From: Paraspadella gotoi | Taxonomy: Eukaryota; Animalia; Chaetognatha | Direction: 5' to 3' | DNA length: 64,000 nucleotides | Assembly: GCA_051294375.1 (NCBI GenBank) | Contig: CM119267.1 | Location: 11,543,553 to 11,607,552, forward strand | Shown: positions 1-13,700 of the stretch, in pieces | How the letters are laid out: every line of letters starts with the position of its first letter | Position numbering within the stretch: the first letter of the stretch is position 1 | The notes under the pieces: generated by a model | Told to the model about the DNA's origin: nothing | The model's database searches: none | The model's input: the letters and a program-made list of their open reading frames with translations, nothing else | Translations under genes and position numbers: made by a program

Positions 1-880
1 CCACCCTCCCGAACTCCTCCCCTTCCCTCCCTTCATAAATCTGGCAAATCGAGGGAGTGTCAGCCAAAGCTTAAAGGCCACCATTGAATTTCTCTCCCCC
101 TAATGCTTCTTATTTATTTCATTCGATTAAGGATCGAGTCGAGATTTCTCTTTCTTTGTCAACGAAAATTATGCCCCTTTTTTTTCTTTACCCATTTCAA
201 CATTCGATCATTTTGGAGAGTGCAAAGCTTGTGATGGAAGCTTGGGTGAACAAGACACTGGTCTCTAAGCTCAAAATAGGGCAGAATGAAGATCTTAATG
301 AATATAATTACTTACAGAGCTTGAAAAGTTGAACACAAAATATAATGTAATACAATGTAGAATATTTTATGTCTTAACTCGCAAAAACTAAAATTTTAAT
401 TTTTTTTCAAATTATGAGACACATTGAAAAATTAATTTTACTTGGAGGGCCTTTTAAATTTGTTTTATTTTTTTTTTTCAAAAGTTGATTTTATGCCTGG
501 TTATTTTGCCTGATATACTTTAAGTACGAATCGACTCATATATGTATATAAATTATATAATGTATGAATAAACGTATATAAATAATAAAAACGAAAGAAC
601 TTTATCTCACAAAACTCCTAGTGATTAATTCCGAGCCGGGTTAAATTTATTTATTAAAAATCTCTTCCCTTAAGGAAATCCAAGCTTCGACGCCAGACGC
701 GCCCTCTGCGCAAACATTGTCTTCAATTCCATCGTTTCATGATGTCGAGAGGCTTGTTTGCGATTTTCATTAGATAAAAAAATGGGGGGGCGACCTGGAA
801 ACCATGGAAACGCCTGCAAACGCGTCTCGGATTTCTCTTCCGGTTTTAGAAGATGAAGATTGGAACCGCAGAGAGAGGGN
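1..880 (+). repeat. Near-identical direct duplicate of about 2980-3850
   Basis: Colinear identity differing mainly by 1-bp indels; this copy ends at a 25-N gap (880-904). Confidence 0.95.
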
Positions 881-3852
881 NNNNNNNNNNNNNNNNNNNN
901 NNNNTCGTCATCGACGTCGTCGGCTTTAAGTCGTAATCGATTCGTAGCGAAATTCCATCGAAGCGAAACGAAATCAGCGAAGTGGAATGCGAAGGGAAAA
1001 AAAAACGGGCGCCGGCGATGGGAGCGGCACGAACGGCTCCGGCCCGTTCGCACCGGCGTCGTTTTTAGAGCGGCGCTGTGAGTCTTGGGTCGGGTTCGGA
1101 CTGAGCCACGAAAAAAAGCATCTTTGACGGACAACTAAAATTTAATAGATACTTCTCAATTACACGGATTTAAATCGATGAAATGAAAAGATTGGTGATT
1201 ACTCTTTAACTGAACTCAATATTATTGATATTTGATCATTTCATTAGTTTATGTTCTTATATAATAAATTGAGATAATTTTACATCAGAACAAATGGTGC
1301 TCTTGCCTTCCAGCAGAATTTTTGCAGCATTTTTTTCCCCTCTTATTTGATAATTATATTTCAAACTTATTGTGAAAAAAATTTAGACAAATATTATAAT
1401 TTCTTTTACATTCATTATTTAGTATGTGTTGGGAGCATGAAAAAAAAGTTATCATTAATTTAATTAGGATTTAGTGTATTTGATCTTTTCATTTCATCTC
1501 ACATTTGAAATCCGTGGTATTTTCGCAATTTAAATTTTGAGATAGAGAATCCAAGTCAATCGCTTTTTTTTCTTAGCCTATAAGTAATTTAATTTAAACA
1601 GTTCTTCCTTTGTTATATATATAACGATTAAATATCTATTATCTAGCTCTCCGGCGTTTCCCCGCTCAAGAACCCGGGACTTGGTTTACCGATTATATGC
1701 TGAATAATCTTTACAATAACCGATTTTTTTTCAATAAACTCCGTGGATTGTCTCGACGCAATATCAATGTTTGTTTTTTTCATGCTCCAGGAAATTGGTG
1801 TCTGGCAAGGCTCAGTTTCATCAAGCAATGCAGTTTTGTTAATGGAAATATACTTCTCTCTCGCTTTTCTATCTGTCTTGTCTGTTTCCCCCCTATCACT
1901 CTCTCGGTTTCTCTCTCTCTCTTTCTTTTCTCTCTCTTTATCTTCTTTCTTTTTTCTAACACTTTCACTCCATTTCTCCTGCTATTCTCCCACTCTCTTC
2001 TCTATCTTCTCCACTCCCTCCTCATTCTCTCACACATCCACACTCTCTCCATCCCCTTTCTCCACCGCTTTCTTGTATTTTTTTCCGCTGGGTTCTCTCG
2101 CACAACTCCAAAGCATCTTTATTCATGGAAAACCAGAGTGGAAAGACTATAGATTTCACGCTCGGTGACGGTTGACGAAAGCCGGCCTCGGCGGCGACGT
2201 CACGGGCGCCGTCTCCGACCACGTTACGGGATTCGTCACGCTGTCTGGACGATATGCCGCGTTGACGGGGGAGAGAGTACGGCCGTCGTGTCGTATCTCA
2301 TCGAGTATCGCGCGCTTGGCGCGAAACGACTCTTGATCGACGAAAGTGATGAAGGGGATTTGGTTCCGCTTTCGACGGAATTCTTATTAAAATTTTCTTT
2401 TATATAAATTTGATTCCGTCTTGTATATTTGAAGCGAGTTTTCCCTTTGCCACAGGAAACCCACCGACGCACCTTTCTTTAGATATTTACAATCATACTT
2501 TTGCGTCACTAATTTTTAATTAAATATATTTTCACTTTGAGATTTGACTCGATAAATCCTTTTAATTTGCTTCATCATATCTGCAACATCGTTTCATTTT
2601 TTTTCCTCGATCCGTTTTCGCGACTTTTTTTCTTTATTCTCAGTTACATCCGCTTTTCTCTCGGCGAATATAAGTTACAGATCCGGTTCAGAGTCTCATT
2701 TATGTTTCATCAAAGAAACAGCTCCTCAGGCAAAAAACAGTGACATTGAAGAAAATGAATAAATTAAAGAATCGAAACTAAAGTCTGTTCACGCGGAATA
2801 AAACAAAAGCAGTGAAAAAGAAGGAAAATATCATGGCCGTGACTTAGATGGCGTTAGGAGAAACAGAGTTGGCTGCTATGAACAGTCAGTACAGACGGTG
2901 CATGAGAAATTCCTTCTCTCTCTCCTCTCTCTCTCTCTTCTCTCTCTCTCATCTCTCTCTCCTCTCTCTCTCTTCTCCCCACACCCCCCGACTCCTCCCC
3001 TTCTCCCCTTCATAAAATCTGGCAAATAGGGAGTGTCAGCCAAGCTTAAAGGCCACCATTGAATTTCCTCCCTTAATGCTTCTTATTTATTTCATTCGAT
3101 TAAGGATCGAGTCGAGATTTCTCTTTCTTTGTCAACAGAAATTATGCCCCTTTTTTTCTTTACCCATTTCAACATTCGATCATTTTGGAGAGTGCAAAGC
3201 TTGTGATGGAAGCTTGGGGTGAACAAGACACTGGTCCTCTAAGCTCAAAATAGGGCAGAATGAAGATCTTAATGAATAATAATACTTTACAGAGCTTGAA
3301 AGTTGAACACAAATATATGTAATACAATGTAGAATATTTTATGTCTAACTCGCAAAAACTAAAATTTAATTTTTTTTCAAATATGAGTACACATTGAAAA
3401 ATAATTTTACTTGGAGGCCTTTTAAATTTGTTTTTATTTTTTTTTTTCAAAAGTTGATTTTATGCCTGGTTAATTTGCCTGATATACTTTAAATGTACGA
3501 ATCGACCTCATATATGTATATAAATTATATAATGGTATGAATAAACGTATATAAATAATAAAAACGAAAGAACTTTATCTCACAAAACTCCAGTGATTAA
3601 TTTCCGAGCCGGGTTAATTTATTTATTAAAAATTCTTCCCTTAAGGAAATCCAAGCTTCGACGCCAGACGCGCCCTCTGCGCAAACATTGTCTTCAATTC
3701 ATCGTTTCATGATGTCGAGAGGCTTGTTTGCGATTTTCATTAAGATAAAAAAAATGGGGGGCGACCTGGAAACCATGGAAACGCCTGCAAACGGTCTCGG
3801 ATTTCTCTTCCGGTTTTAGAAGATGAAGATTGGAACCGCAGAGAGAGGGGCT

Positions 3853-4340
3853 ACGTTGTGGGGGGGAGGGTTTTTTCACGACCCAACCCAGACACAACGA
3901 TCGATCAGTGTTTATATTCTCTCTCTCTCTCTCTCTGTCGTCTATCTCTCTCTCTCTCTCTCTCTCTCGTTATGTTATGGGGCGGGGTACAGAGACTCAA
4001 CGGACGATCAGTTTGTTTATATTCTCTCTCTCTCTCTCCCTCTCTCTCTCTTTTCTCCTCTCTATCTCTCTCTCTCTTTCTCTCTTCTCACTCTCTTTCT
4101 TTTCTTTCTCATTCTCTTTCTGTTCTTTCTCCTTCGTTACATTATGCGGGGTTTGGGAGACGTAAAAATGATCAAGTTTGCTTTATATTCTCTCTCTCTC
4201 TCTCTGCTCTCTTCTCGTCTCTCTCTTCTCTCTCCGTTACGTTATGGGGCGGGGTTGCAGACTCAGACGGACGATCAGCTTTGTTTAATTCTCTCTCTTC
4301 TTCTCTCTCTCTCTCTCGTCTCTCTCTTCTCTCTCTCTCT
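3853..4340 (+). repeat. Tandem array of four units, each a core of about 55 bp followed by a (CT)n tract
   Basis: Core GTTATGGGGCGGGG...GACTCA..GGACGATCAGTTTGTTTATATTCTCTC at about 3855, 3974, 4140 and 4241. Confidence 0.7.
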
Positions 4341-5086
4341 CTTCTTCTCTCTCTCTTTTTCCCGCGTTATTAACTGGCGCCGATATTGCTATATCTCCCC
4401 TGGCCTGAAGCCGATCCTCCAAAAATAGCGTCGACACAATTTTTTCTTTGAAGGGCCGAAGTATAAAGGAGGGACAGCTGAAGGGGAGGAGAAAGAAAGA
4501 CGGGAAAAAAAGAGAGCGAACAAGGAGTTGTTTTCTCTCTCCTCTCTCTTCTCATCTCTCCTCTCTTCTGAGGCATATGGTTGATTCCCTCTCACTATTC
4601 GACGCTGATTGGTCAGGCGATCAGCGCGACTTTCCCTCGCGGCGGAGAGTCCGCTCCTGATTCGCTCGTCTTCGCGCGAAGGAAAGGATTATATCTTCTC
4701 TCCTGTTTCTCCGCCCTCTTTCGATCCTCATTCGCGGTATAACTTCGATTTGGGAGAATTTATGATTCTCAATGAAATATTTTTTTTCAATGTGCCAATT
4801 TCAAAAAGTATGGGTTAATGTGAATTTTTTCTGGAGATTTAAATAAAAAATTTACTCAAGTTAAGTTACTTTGTGAATGTCTACTATAATTTTTACCAAA
4901 GCAATGACTGAGGAATCAATTGTTATATTTCTATCCTTACTTAAAATATTATCTCTCTATCTTTCTCTCTCTCTCTTCTCTCTTCTCTCTCTCTCTCTCT
5001 TTCTCTTTCTCCTCCGCCATAAAAAATAGACGCGAAGGCCAAAAACGTCAACATTAAAACAACATTAGACTCTCTGGTGGTCACGA

Positions 5087-5163
<77 letters not shown>

Positions 5164-5432
5164 TCTCCTTTGTTGTGTTTCTCCAACGTCCGCCTGTTTT
5201 TTGGGAAGGGCATCCAACATGAATAATGATAAGAAGGCATCGACCTCGGTTGGCCGAAGGATCGCGCTCAGTTATTTTCCAGATGAGGTTGTCAAACTCG
5301 TGAGCCTCGATTTTCCTCTTTCATCCTCTTTTTTTTAGGGAGGGGGAGGTGGGGACCAGGTTGCGTGGGGTATGAATGTTGTTGAAGCAGAATTTCATTA
5401 TATTCTGTCTCTCTCTGGTCTCTCTTCTCTCT

Positions 5433-5477
<45 letters not shown>

Positions 5478-5715
5478 AAAATATAGCCTTGAAAATGATT
5501 AAAATAAGGATATATATAAGGAAAATTCTGAAGTTATGCCATAAATTACCGTATTTATATAACAATTGTAAGGATTTCTAGTTTAACATTTTAATATTTT
5601 TTGGAAGAAAATTTACAGTCATTTATAAGATCTATATTTAAAAATATAATCAGAAGTAAAGTAGTATGAGTTGAACTTATTTTATTCTCTCTCTCTCTTC
5701 TTCTCCTCTCTCTCT

Positions 5716-5773
<58 letters not shown>

Positions 5774-6264
5774 CAAATGCTCGCGCGAAACTTCCGACGG
5801 ACTTGACGCATAAATCTTTCCCAGGGCGGCGTTTGTGCTTCGCCCGCCTTTAGTCGTCTACGCAGTTATGCGCCGAGAGTATCTGGCGGGGGGAAAGAGA
5901 GACTGGTGGGGGTGATGGAGTCGAGTGGGTAGGTGTGGGTGTTGGATATTTTTTTTTATGTCGTGACAAAAACGGGAAAAACCCGAGAGAATTCCTCCGT
6001 ACGTATATATAACGCGATAGGAAATTCCTCCTCAGATTATATCTAAGACTAAGGACTGAGCGAAGAATGAACGATTCACAGGACTTGAACAAATGAGTAT
6101 GAGGTATGAGGTAAATTCTGGGTCACGGGAACGGACGGACGGACGTGACAGGAAATAATACGTTTATTATCAAAACTCTCTTTTTTGGTTTTTTGATTTT
6201 TACGTATGGCGGTGCATTTTAAACAGCCTCAAACCACTGCCCGCTCTCGGCTTCGTCTCAACCG

Positions 6265-6365
6265 TGCGTCCACTGCGTCCCGGGTTCGATCCCCTGGACT
6301 CGGTTCTGGCTAAATTTCACTGGTCCGGTTTAAACATGCCAGTGACTGTAGGCGGTCACTGAGGG
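6265..6365 (+). mobile_element. Diverged copy of the SINE-like element
   Basis: CCGGGTTCGATCCCCT...TGGTCCGGTTTAAACATGCCAGTGAC...GGTCACTG is colinear with 24874-24956. Confidence 0.45.
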
Positions 6366-7999
6366 TTTGCAGATTTTGTATCGAGGCTTCAACCGCAACG
6401 TATTTGTGGCGCCGCGTCCTCGCGAGAGGGAACAACTCCAACGAGCGACTGCGTAACGCCAACAAGCGACGCCTCTGTGACAATCCCGACGCGTCACGCC
6501 CAAGACGCAAGACGATCGAANNNNNNNNNNGACTTCCGGTTTCGCGTCGATGATCGTGACATTTGGGAGCGAAAACCCGCGACAAGGCGGGAAAAAAGAT
6601 ACTGTGATTCGGAGTCAGTGCCGTATTTAGGAGAAATTGCGGCATTGAGGAGACGTTGCTTCGTCCATGAGAGGATGAGTTGATGCTGACACTGCTCGAA
6701 ATTCTTGATATGTTAGGGCATTCAAGATAAGTCGCTGCATCAATGCAGAAAATAAAAGAAGGGCACCGAAAAAAAATTTGCTGATAAAATTATCCTGAAT
6801 AATTTTCCGTTAAAAATGAATTAATTCATAAATGAACGTTATGCAGCCATGGTCGCTTGACTGCTAAGATTAAATATTCAACAGTTCTTCTGTTAGTCTA
6901 GATTCTATATCAGAGGTGCCACGCTGATTGCGGACTCGCTTTTTGCGGCAATGCCACTAACTCGTAACCGGCGTCGCCCGGCGTCGACGCCGCGTTTTTT
7001 TCGATTCCAGTCGCCGGCGTGACCGCCGCCGGAAGGGCCGCGAGGTTTCGCGACCTCCAATAAAAAATTGGACTGCGGCCCTCGCGAGAATGTTGAGCGA
7101 TATTTCGTGGTAGATGGGTGGGTGGTAGGAAGGTGGGAGGTAGGGGTGGAAAGGTAGTAGGTAGAAAAGAGGATGGAAACAACCCGTAAAAAAAGCCAAG
7201 GCGTGACTGCGAAAAGACTGAACAGAAAAGGGAAGAACGAGTGCAGGGGTTGTCGTTGTTGTTGTTGTTGTTGACGTAGCACGTTTTCGTCAGCGTGTCG
7301 TAAAATCTTCGACTTTTGACGAAAAACGTGTCAAAGTATATTGAGACACGATCGAAGCCTCGTTTCCGTTTCGAAACCTCGTCAACAAAAGAGCAATGGG
7401 AGTGAAAGGTTATACTCCGAAGGCCATTATTTGAGGCGAGTGGATTACGACTCTTTTTCAAACCCACCTTCCCCCCCAATGCTCCCTCTCGAGAGCCCAG
7501 CGGAGCGGTGTGTTTTTTCGGCCGGAGCCATGGGACGATGACGCTCGGCTCGAGGGCTGCGACCTCTTGAGAGAGAAGGTTGTGGAAGTCGATGGGCGTG
7601 TCTGCGGGAGAGAAAGAGACGCCTCCGCTCGGATTTCTTTCTCTTTTGTTTTGTTTCCACTTTCTAAATAAGACTCTATCAAGCATGAGATCTGGGTACA
7701 TTTCTATTTACTCGCCCAAAACTCTATTTTGGCGATTTGTCTTCTTGTTTTGACGTTTGGTGGCTTTTTCTTTCTTTTATTATTCATTAAAGAGGAAGTC
7801 TCTAGTTGTTTTCTTATAACCTGCGGCGTCGGCTGCGGCGTCAGCGAAAGCGGCGTTGTCGACGCTATTCATCTTTCCGTGACGCCGCTTCGGCCTTCGG
7901 AAACGCAGTGTAAGCCTTCCCGTTTATGTATAACCATTATAATGTACTATGTCAACGGGGGGACATGTGTGATGACTGGGGTGTGAGGCATGTCTCGAC

Positions 8000-8062
8000 A
8001 GCTGGCGCTCAGTGCTTTCGACCTGCGGTGAACCCGGAACTCACGGTTGGTGAACCGAGCTA
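8000..8062 (-). mobile_element. Internally deleted copy of the SINE-like element
   Basis: The reverse complement AGCTCGGTTCACCAACCGTGAGTTCCGGGTTCACCGCAGGTCGAAAGCACTGAGCGCC matches 24851-24881 joined to 24953-24978. Confidence 0.5.
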
Positions 8063-8111
8063 ACTTGCTGATCCCAAGGTCATATGTACCAAATGTCTCT
8101 CTCTCTCTCTC

Positions 8112-8188
<77 letters not shown>

Positions 8189-8328
8189 TTCTGCATCTCC
8201 CTCGCCTTTCTTTCGCCCCATAAATCCTCGGTCTCGTTTTTAACTTTCATTTCGCAACAAAAGAAGAGAAACTGAGTCGTTACTCGTCTCTGTCTCCATC
8301 TTTCATTTGTTTCCAGTTTCCCCTCTCT

Positions 8329-8404
<76 letters not shown>

Positions 8405-8438
8405 CTCTTCTTCTCTCTCTCTCTCTCCTCTCTCCTCT

Positions 8439-8490
<52 letters not shown>

Positions 8491-9293
8491 TCCCATTTCC
8501 CTGTCCTTTCTCTCTGCCGCCATTTAATCGCCAATCAGTATTTCATTTCTCTTTTACTTCATCTCTCGTTATTTCCTTCCTTCCCCCCCCCCCCCCGATC
8601 TTTTTCTTCAATCTTTTCTTTGACATTGACCCCCCAATTCTCTTCCTCCCCTTTTTCTTCCTCCTTTCCTCCATTTTGAAAGAAGAGTCTGACCGAATTG
8701 CTCTCTTCCATTATCTAAGACTTTGGAGTCCCGCAGTTCTTATGGGACTATTAAGTGGCTTGATTAGATGACTTTTGTCGCGTCAGAGTCACGGTCGAAT
8801 ATCCGCCCCTCTCGACGACAACGACGACGACGACGACGAAGACGACGACAACGATGATGATTATGATAATGATGGTGACGACGACGATGATCACAATGAC
8901 AACGACGACGACGATGATGATCACAACAATGACGACGACGATGACGATGAAGACTAAGAAAATCGATAGGAGGATATATTACTGCATGACCGCTAGAGCC
9001 AAGACGATGGCGAAGTGATAGATCTTAAACAATTCGAGAATGACAACAATCTGGCAGCCACAAGAATCACAAGGTCAATGGCAAAGTGGACGCCAACGGA
9101 AAAAAAATTATGATGACAACAACTCGACGATAAAAAAAATGAATGGAATTCAGTCAGAACTGCGAAATCTTTTAAAGATGACGATGACGACAATGACGAC
9201 GACAAAGACCAAGATGACCCCGACGAAGAGGATGCATTTCGAAGTCGTTGAAGAACTGCTACCCCGATCGAGAAACCTTGACGACCGAAAAAA

Positions 9294-9402
<109 letters not shown>

Positions 9403-9568
9403 TATAAGCAGAAATAACTGAAAATCGAAATTACGGAGCCCACTCCTCGAAAAAAAAAAACTACGTAGTTTCAATGTTTTTTCTTCATATTTTTAATACG
9501 TTTATGTCTAAAGTAAAGACCATGGTTTCGTCGAGGATGGAAAGACGACGACAAACGACGACGACGAG

Positions 9569-9613
<45 letters not shown>

Positions 9614-9646
9614 TGCTAAGGCGAATAATTTCTCCTCCCGCGATGA

Positions 9647-10643
9647 TTAGCCATGGATTTTCCTTGGCACAATTTCCTGGATTCTTTCTTCCGTCACGGT
9701 CGGGTGGGTTGGCGTAGAGGGAGGGTGGGTTGGCGTGGACGGAGACTGGATTGGCGTGGAGAGTAGGCTGCGTTAGCATGGAGGGAGGGCAGCTTTCAGA
9801 AAGCCGGGCTGGTAGAGGTTGATTCGCAAACAGATTTTCCAAATTTTCCTAATTACTGGATTTTTTACCTAAACATGATGGGATCAAAATTCTTAGATAA
9901 GCTGAAAGTTAGTTAGTTGGTCAAATAGCTCACATCGGTCTAACAAATTATATGTTTGGTACTCTGTAGGTTGACTAAGCTGTGCCAAAGGAACTGAATG
10001 ATTGATTGATTCAGGAAAGAAGATAGAGTTAATAAGAGGTTTGAGAAATTGGATGATTGATGGAGTCAAGGGAAAGAGACGTCGATTAAAGAAATGATGG
10101 AGAGATGGGAGAAAAAATAATAGCGAAAGAAAAACGAGAAAAAAAAACTCGTTTGTTATTTTCGTTTATTAATTTTATTAAGACCCTAAACCATAATTCA
10201 TTGAGCATTTTATTAGATTAGTTATTCATAGTTTATCCATTATAACGAATGCTCCTTTTCTGCTAGCACACCAGCAGGCCTTTTCTGCAACTATATTTAA
10301 CAGAAGATTCTTTCGAACGAGTCTCAAATTATCTAATTCTATTTTAAACCCGACATTAATTCAATGTTGTTTGTTCATTTTGAATGATCTTTCTTTTTCG
10401 TTTCGACTTTATTTCGCGTGCACCGGCCAGTTTTCGTCGAGTCGGATCTAAATGTCAAAACCAATTGAGATTTGAAATTATTCGTGATTTACATATGAAT
10501 TAACGTAGAGCCAACCATTGTTAAACCAAGAGTAAACAACTTACTTTGCTAGAATTCTCCAGATGACGAAGAAGTTTAAAGACGAGAGCTTCGTCCCTCT
10601 CTCCTTTGGAGAATCTCTTCTGGCGAACCCGCTCAAAGTCGAC

Positions 10644-10740
<97 letters not shown>

Positions 10741-13700
10741 CATTTCAATAACTATCTTAATAAATCATAAATTCTCTCTCACCCTCGTGACTCATTTTAT
10801 TTTTGTTTTTGAACCCAATGATGTCATCTTTTGTGTTGTAAACAAAGTGAAAATCTTCTCCGACGGTTTCGGTGCTGGATCGAGACGAGCTCTTCGATTG
10901 AAAAACCGATAAATAAAACAAATATACAAATTATCAATACAATAACAACATTTATAGTATCTTTTATACTTTCGACTTGAAGCTAGTGTTGCTGTCCCTG
11001 CTGTAAAACCCGACGATTCTCCCGTCAGCGCACGTGAGCAACGCCATGTCGTCTTCCGGCGCGTCTTTCCTGCGCGACGTCTCACGGTTAACGATCGTAA
11101 CTAATCACGTGACAGCGTCGATCGAAAGAACCTGGACAGACTAAAGTGTCGGATGTTTTGGAGCGAGCCTTCGTCGACGTCGTCCCTACTAAAGCCGATG
11201 GTGCCTTCCTGGAAAGTGTAGATTTTCCACTTCTTCGAGTTGACAAACACTTGACCTGAAGGGGATTTATGTAAGGTTAATTTACCTATTAATAAAAAAC
11301 TGACGAACAACAATGACTTGCGGAGATGTCGGTAAATGGTCTAAATATGACTATCCGCAACTTTTTAACCCCCTCTAGCAGCAATGACAAGGGACCGGGG
11401 GCTTAGAATCAAGGTTTTTCTCGTCGCTACCTTCTTCCCTGTCATGCGGCACGATGCTTTCTTGATAAATCTTCTTGAATCGTTGCGAACTTGTTTTCTC
11501 TTGCAGCGCCTCTTGGAAGTTCACGTGGGCTGAGCGAGGGCGCCATTAAAATTGGGTAAGGCTTAGACCCGATTGAAATGGAGATGAGATAGAGATGACC
11601 GGAATTAGATGAAATGGCAAGAATTGAATAAAAAATAGAGAACCTTTGGAATCCGTTTTGTGAACGGCCATGTTCTCGAAGCTGTCGTCGGCCGGAGCCA
11701 CGGAGAGTCTGTTGAATAGGATATATTAATAATTAATAATTAATTAATTAATTAATTAATAATTAATCTTTAATTTATGTAATCCTTCTATCTTTTGTTG
11801 AATCGTTCATTTTTATAGAGGTCCCAGAAATATCATACATTTATGAAAGTTCCTGATACCTGCAAAGTTTCTTGTGCCAAATTTAGTGGAGAAAACGAAT
11901 ATCACAATAAAAAATTTCTCTGGATGCTCATTATGGATTTTCCACGCCAGTTTTTGCGTCGAACCACTTCCGGTATTGAAAATTCAGGATTTTTAGAAAA
12001 AAATAAGCTGTTATTTAGCCAGCATACTTGAATTAATCAAAATAAAGTTACCAATAACCTTAATATTACATTTTTTGTTTTTGTTTATAAATAATGTAAT
12101 AAAAATATTATTACAAAAGGCTTTAAGTTAAAAATTCATATTTTTTTAAGCCAAATTGGCCCTGACCAAACCACTCCACTAATTTTAATAAACAAATAGA
12201 ACTGTTTAAGGGATTTTAAATCTATAATCTTTAAACAAAGATATTGGAATTTAAAAAGTTTACAGAGTGATGCAAAAAGAAAGTAGCGAATTAGATGGAA
12301 GGCGACTTGGCCTTTGCAGCCAGCAAGCCTCTCACTCAACCCTAACCCTAAACCGGGCCCTAACCAAAACCTTATTCTTAATCAGTTTCCCTCACTTGGG
12401 ATATCTAACCTAACCCTAGCCCTAACCCTAACACCTCTGAGCCTCAACTCTAACCCTAATATCTGTCATGCAAGCCTCTCCCTTACCACTAACCCTCCCG
12501 GCCATCAATAAGGTCAAACTTTAATCCTTAATTTCCTTCCTCAGTACCTTCCCTAACCCTAACCCAAGCTTCCTGTCCTTTTCTGAGCCTGTCCAAATTG
12601 CAAAATCGCAATACTTAACCTTGCCAAATGATAATTTTGCTTTTAGCTATATCTGTGCCATCAAGGTTGAGTACCTTAATGTTAATTTTTAATTTAGGGG
12701 TAGGGCAAGGCTTGCTGACAGACATGAGGCCTGAATAAGGGAAAGGTACTGGCCAGGGATGTTAGGGATTAAGGTTTAGCCTTGGCAATAGCTATGAGGC
12801 TGGGTTAGGATTGAGGTTGAGGGAAAGGGATGGACAGAAATTGGCAAAGGCTGTAAGGTTAGTTTTAATCCTTAATTTCCTTCCCAACTACCTTTCCTAA
12901 CCCTAACCCAAGCTTACTGTCCTTTTCTAAGCCTGTCCAAATTGCAAAATCGCAATACTTAATCAGGCTTGTACCAGGGACATTAAGATTAAGGTTGAGG
13001 CTTGCAAATGAATAAAAGATTTAGGTTGGGGGAGAGGCCCACAGGTAATTCTAAAGTTCAGCTTTTAATTTGGTGTGAAATAAAAGGCCCGTGTTGAGAT
13101 TAAGGTTATCAAAGTAGCTTGCTTTAGAAGTCATGAGCTGAGAAGACTTATTATGACCTGGTTTTAGGCCAAAGCGCCTTCTATCTAATTCGCTACTTTT
13201 TTTTTGGCATCATTTAGCAAACCTTTAAAGGCCAATATCTTGGATGAAGGATTAAATATTTAAAATCCCTTAGAGAGTTCTATTTGTATAACTAAATCTT
13301 ACTTTCTTATAAAATCTTATTAGAATTTGTAGAGTCATTTGGTCAGGGATGATTTGACTTAAAAAAATCTAATAATTTTTAATTTGAAGTCTTTTGTAAT
13401 CATAATTTTTTAACCTTATTTATAAACCACAACAAAAAATTTAGTAATAAGGTTAGTAGTAACTTTATTTTGATTAATTAAAGTATGCTAGCTGAATAAC
13501 AACTAATTTTTTCCAAAAATCATGATTTTTTAAAACCGGAAGTGGTTCGATCCATAAAGAGCATTCAGGGAAATTTTATATTGTGATATTCGTTTTCTCC
13601 ACGAAATTTGGCACAAGAAACTTTGCAGGTATCAGGAACTTTCAAAAATGCATGGTATTTCTGGGAGCTCTATCGTTCATTCATTCAATTATTCATTAAT

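Noticed and set aside
2152-2407. GC-rich exon candidate on the plus strand
   Set aside because: It is open in more than one frame, but I recognised no homology and could not link partner exons confidently.
3853-4340. CRISPR-like repeat-spacer pattern
   Set aside because: The spacers are CT microsatellite and the repeats are too divergent.
6905-7701. 263-aa and overlapping ORFs as genes
   Set aside because: No recognisable motif, low-complexity content, and no consistent exon chain found; may be a CpG-rich non-coding region.
8080-8771. ERERER and SLSLSL ORFs here and throughout the window
   Set aside because: They are translations of (GA)n/(CT)n microsatellites.
9471-9842. 123-aa ORF with HANPP repeats and poly-Arg
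   Set aside because: Another frame of the same DNA (LLSTPIQSPSTPTHPP...IHG*) has a branch point and acceptor and fits the upstream gene; the poly-Arg is a GAC microsatellite.
12330-12910. Telomere or interstitial telomeric array
   Set aside because: Short degenerate CCCTAA tracts confined to the interior of a TIR element.
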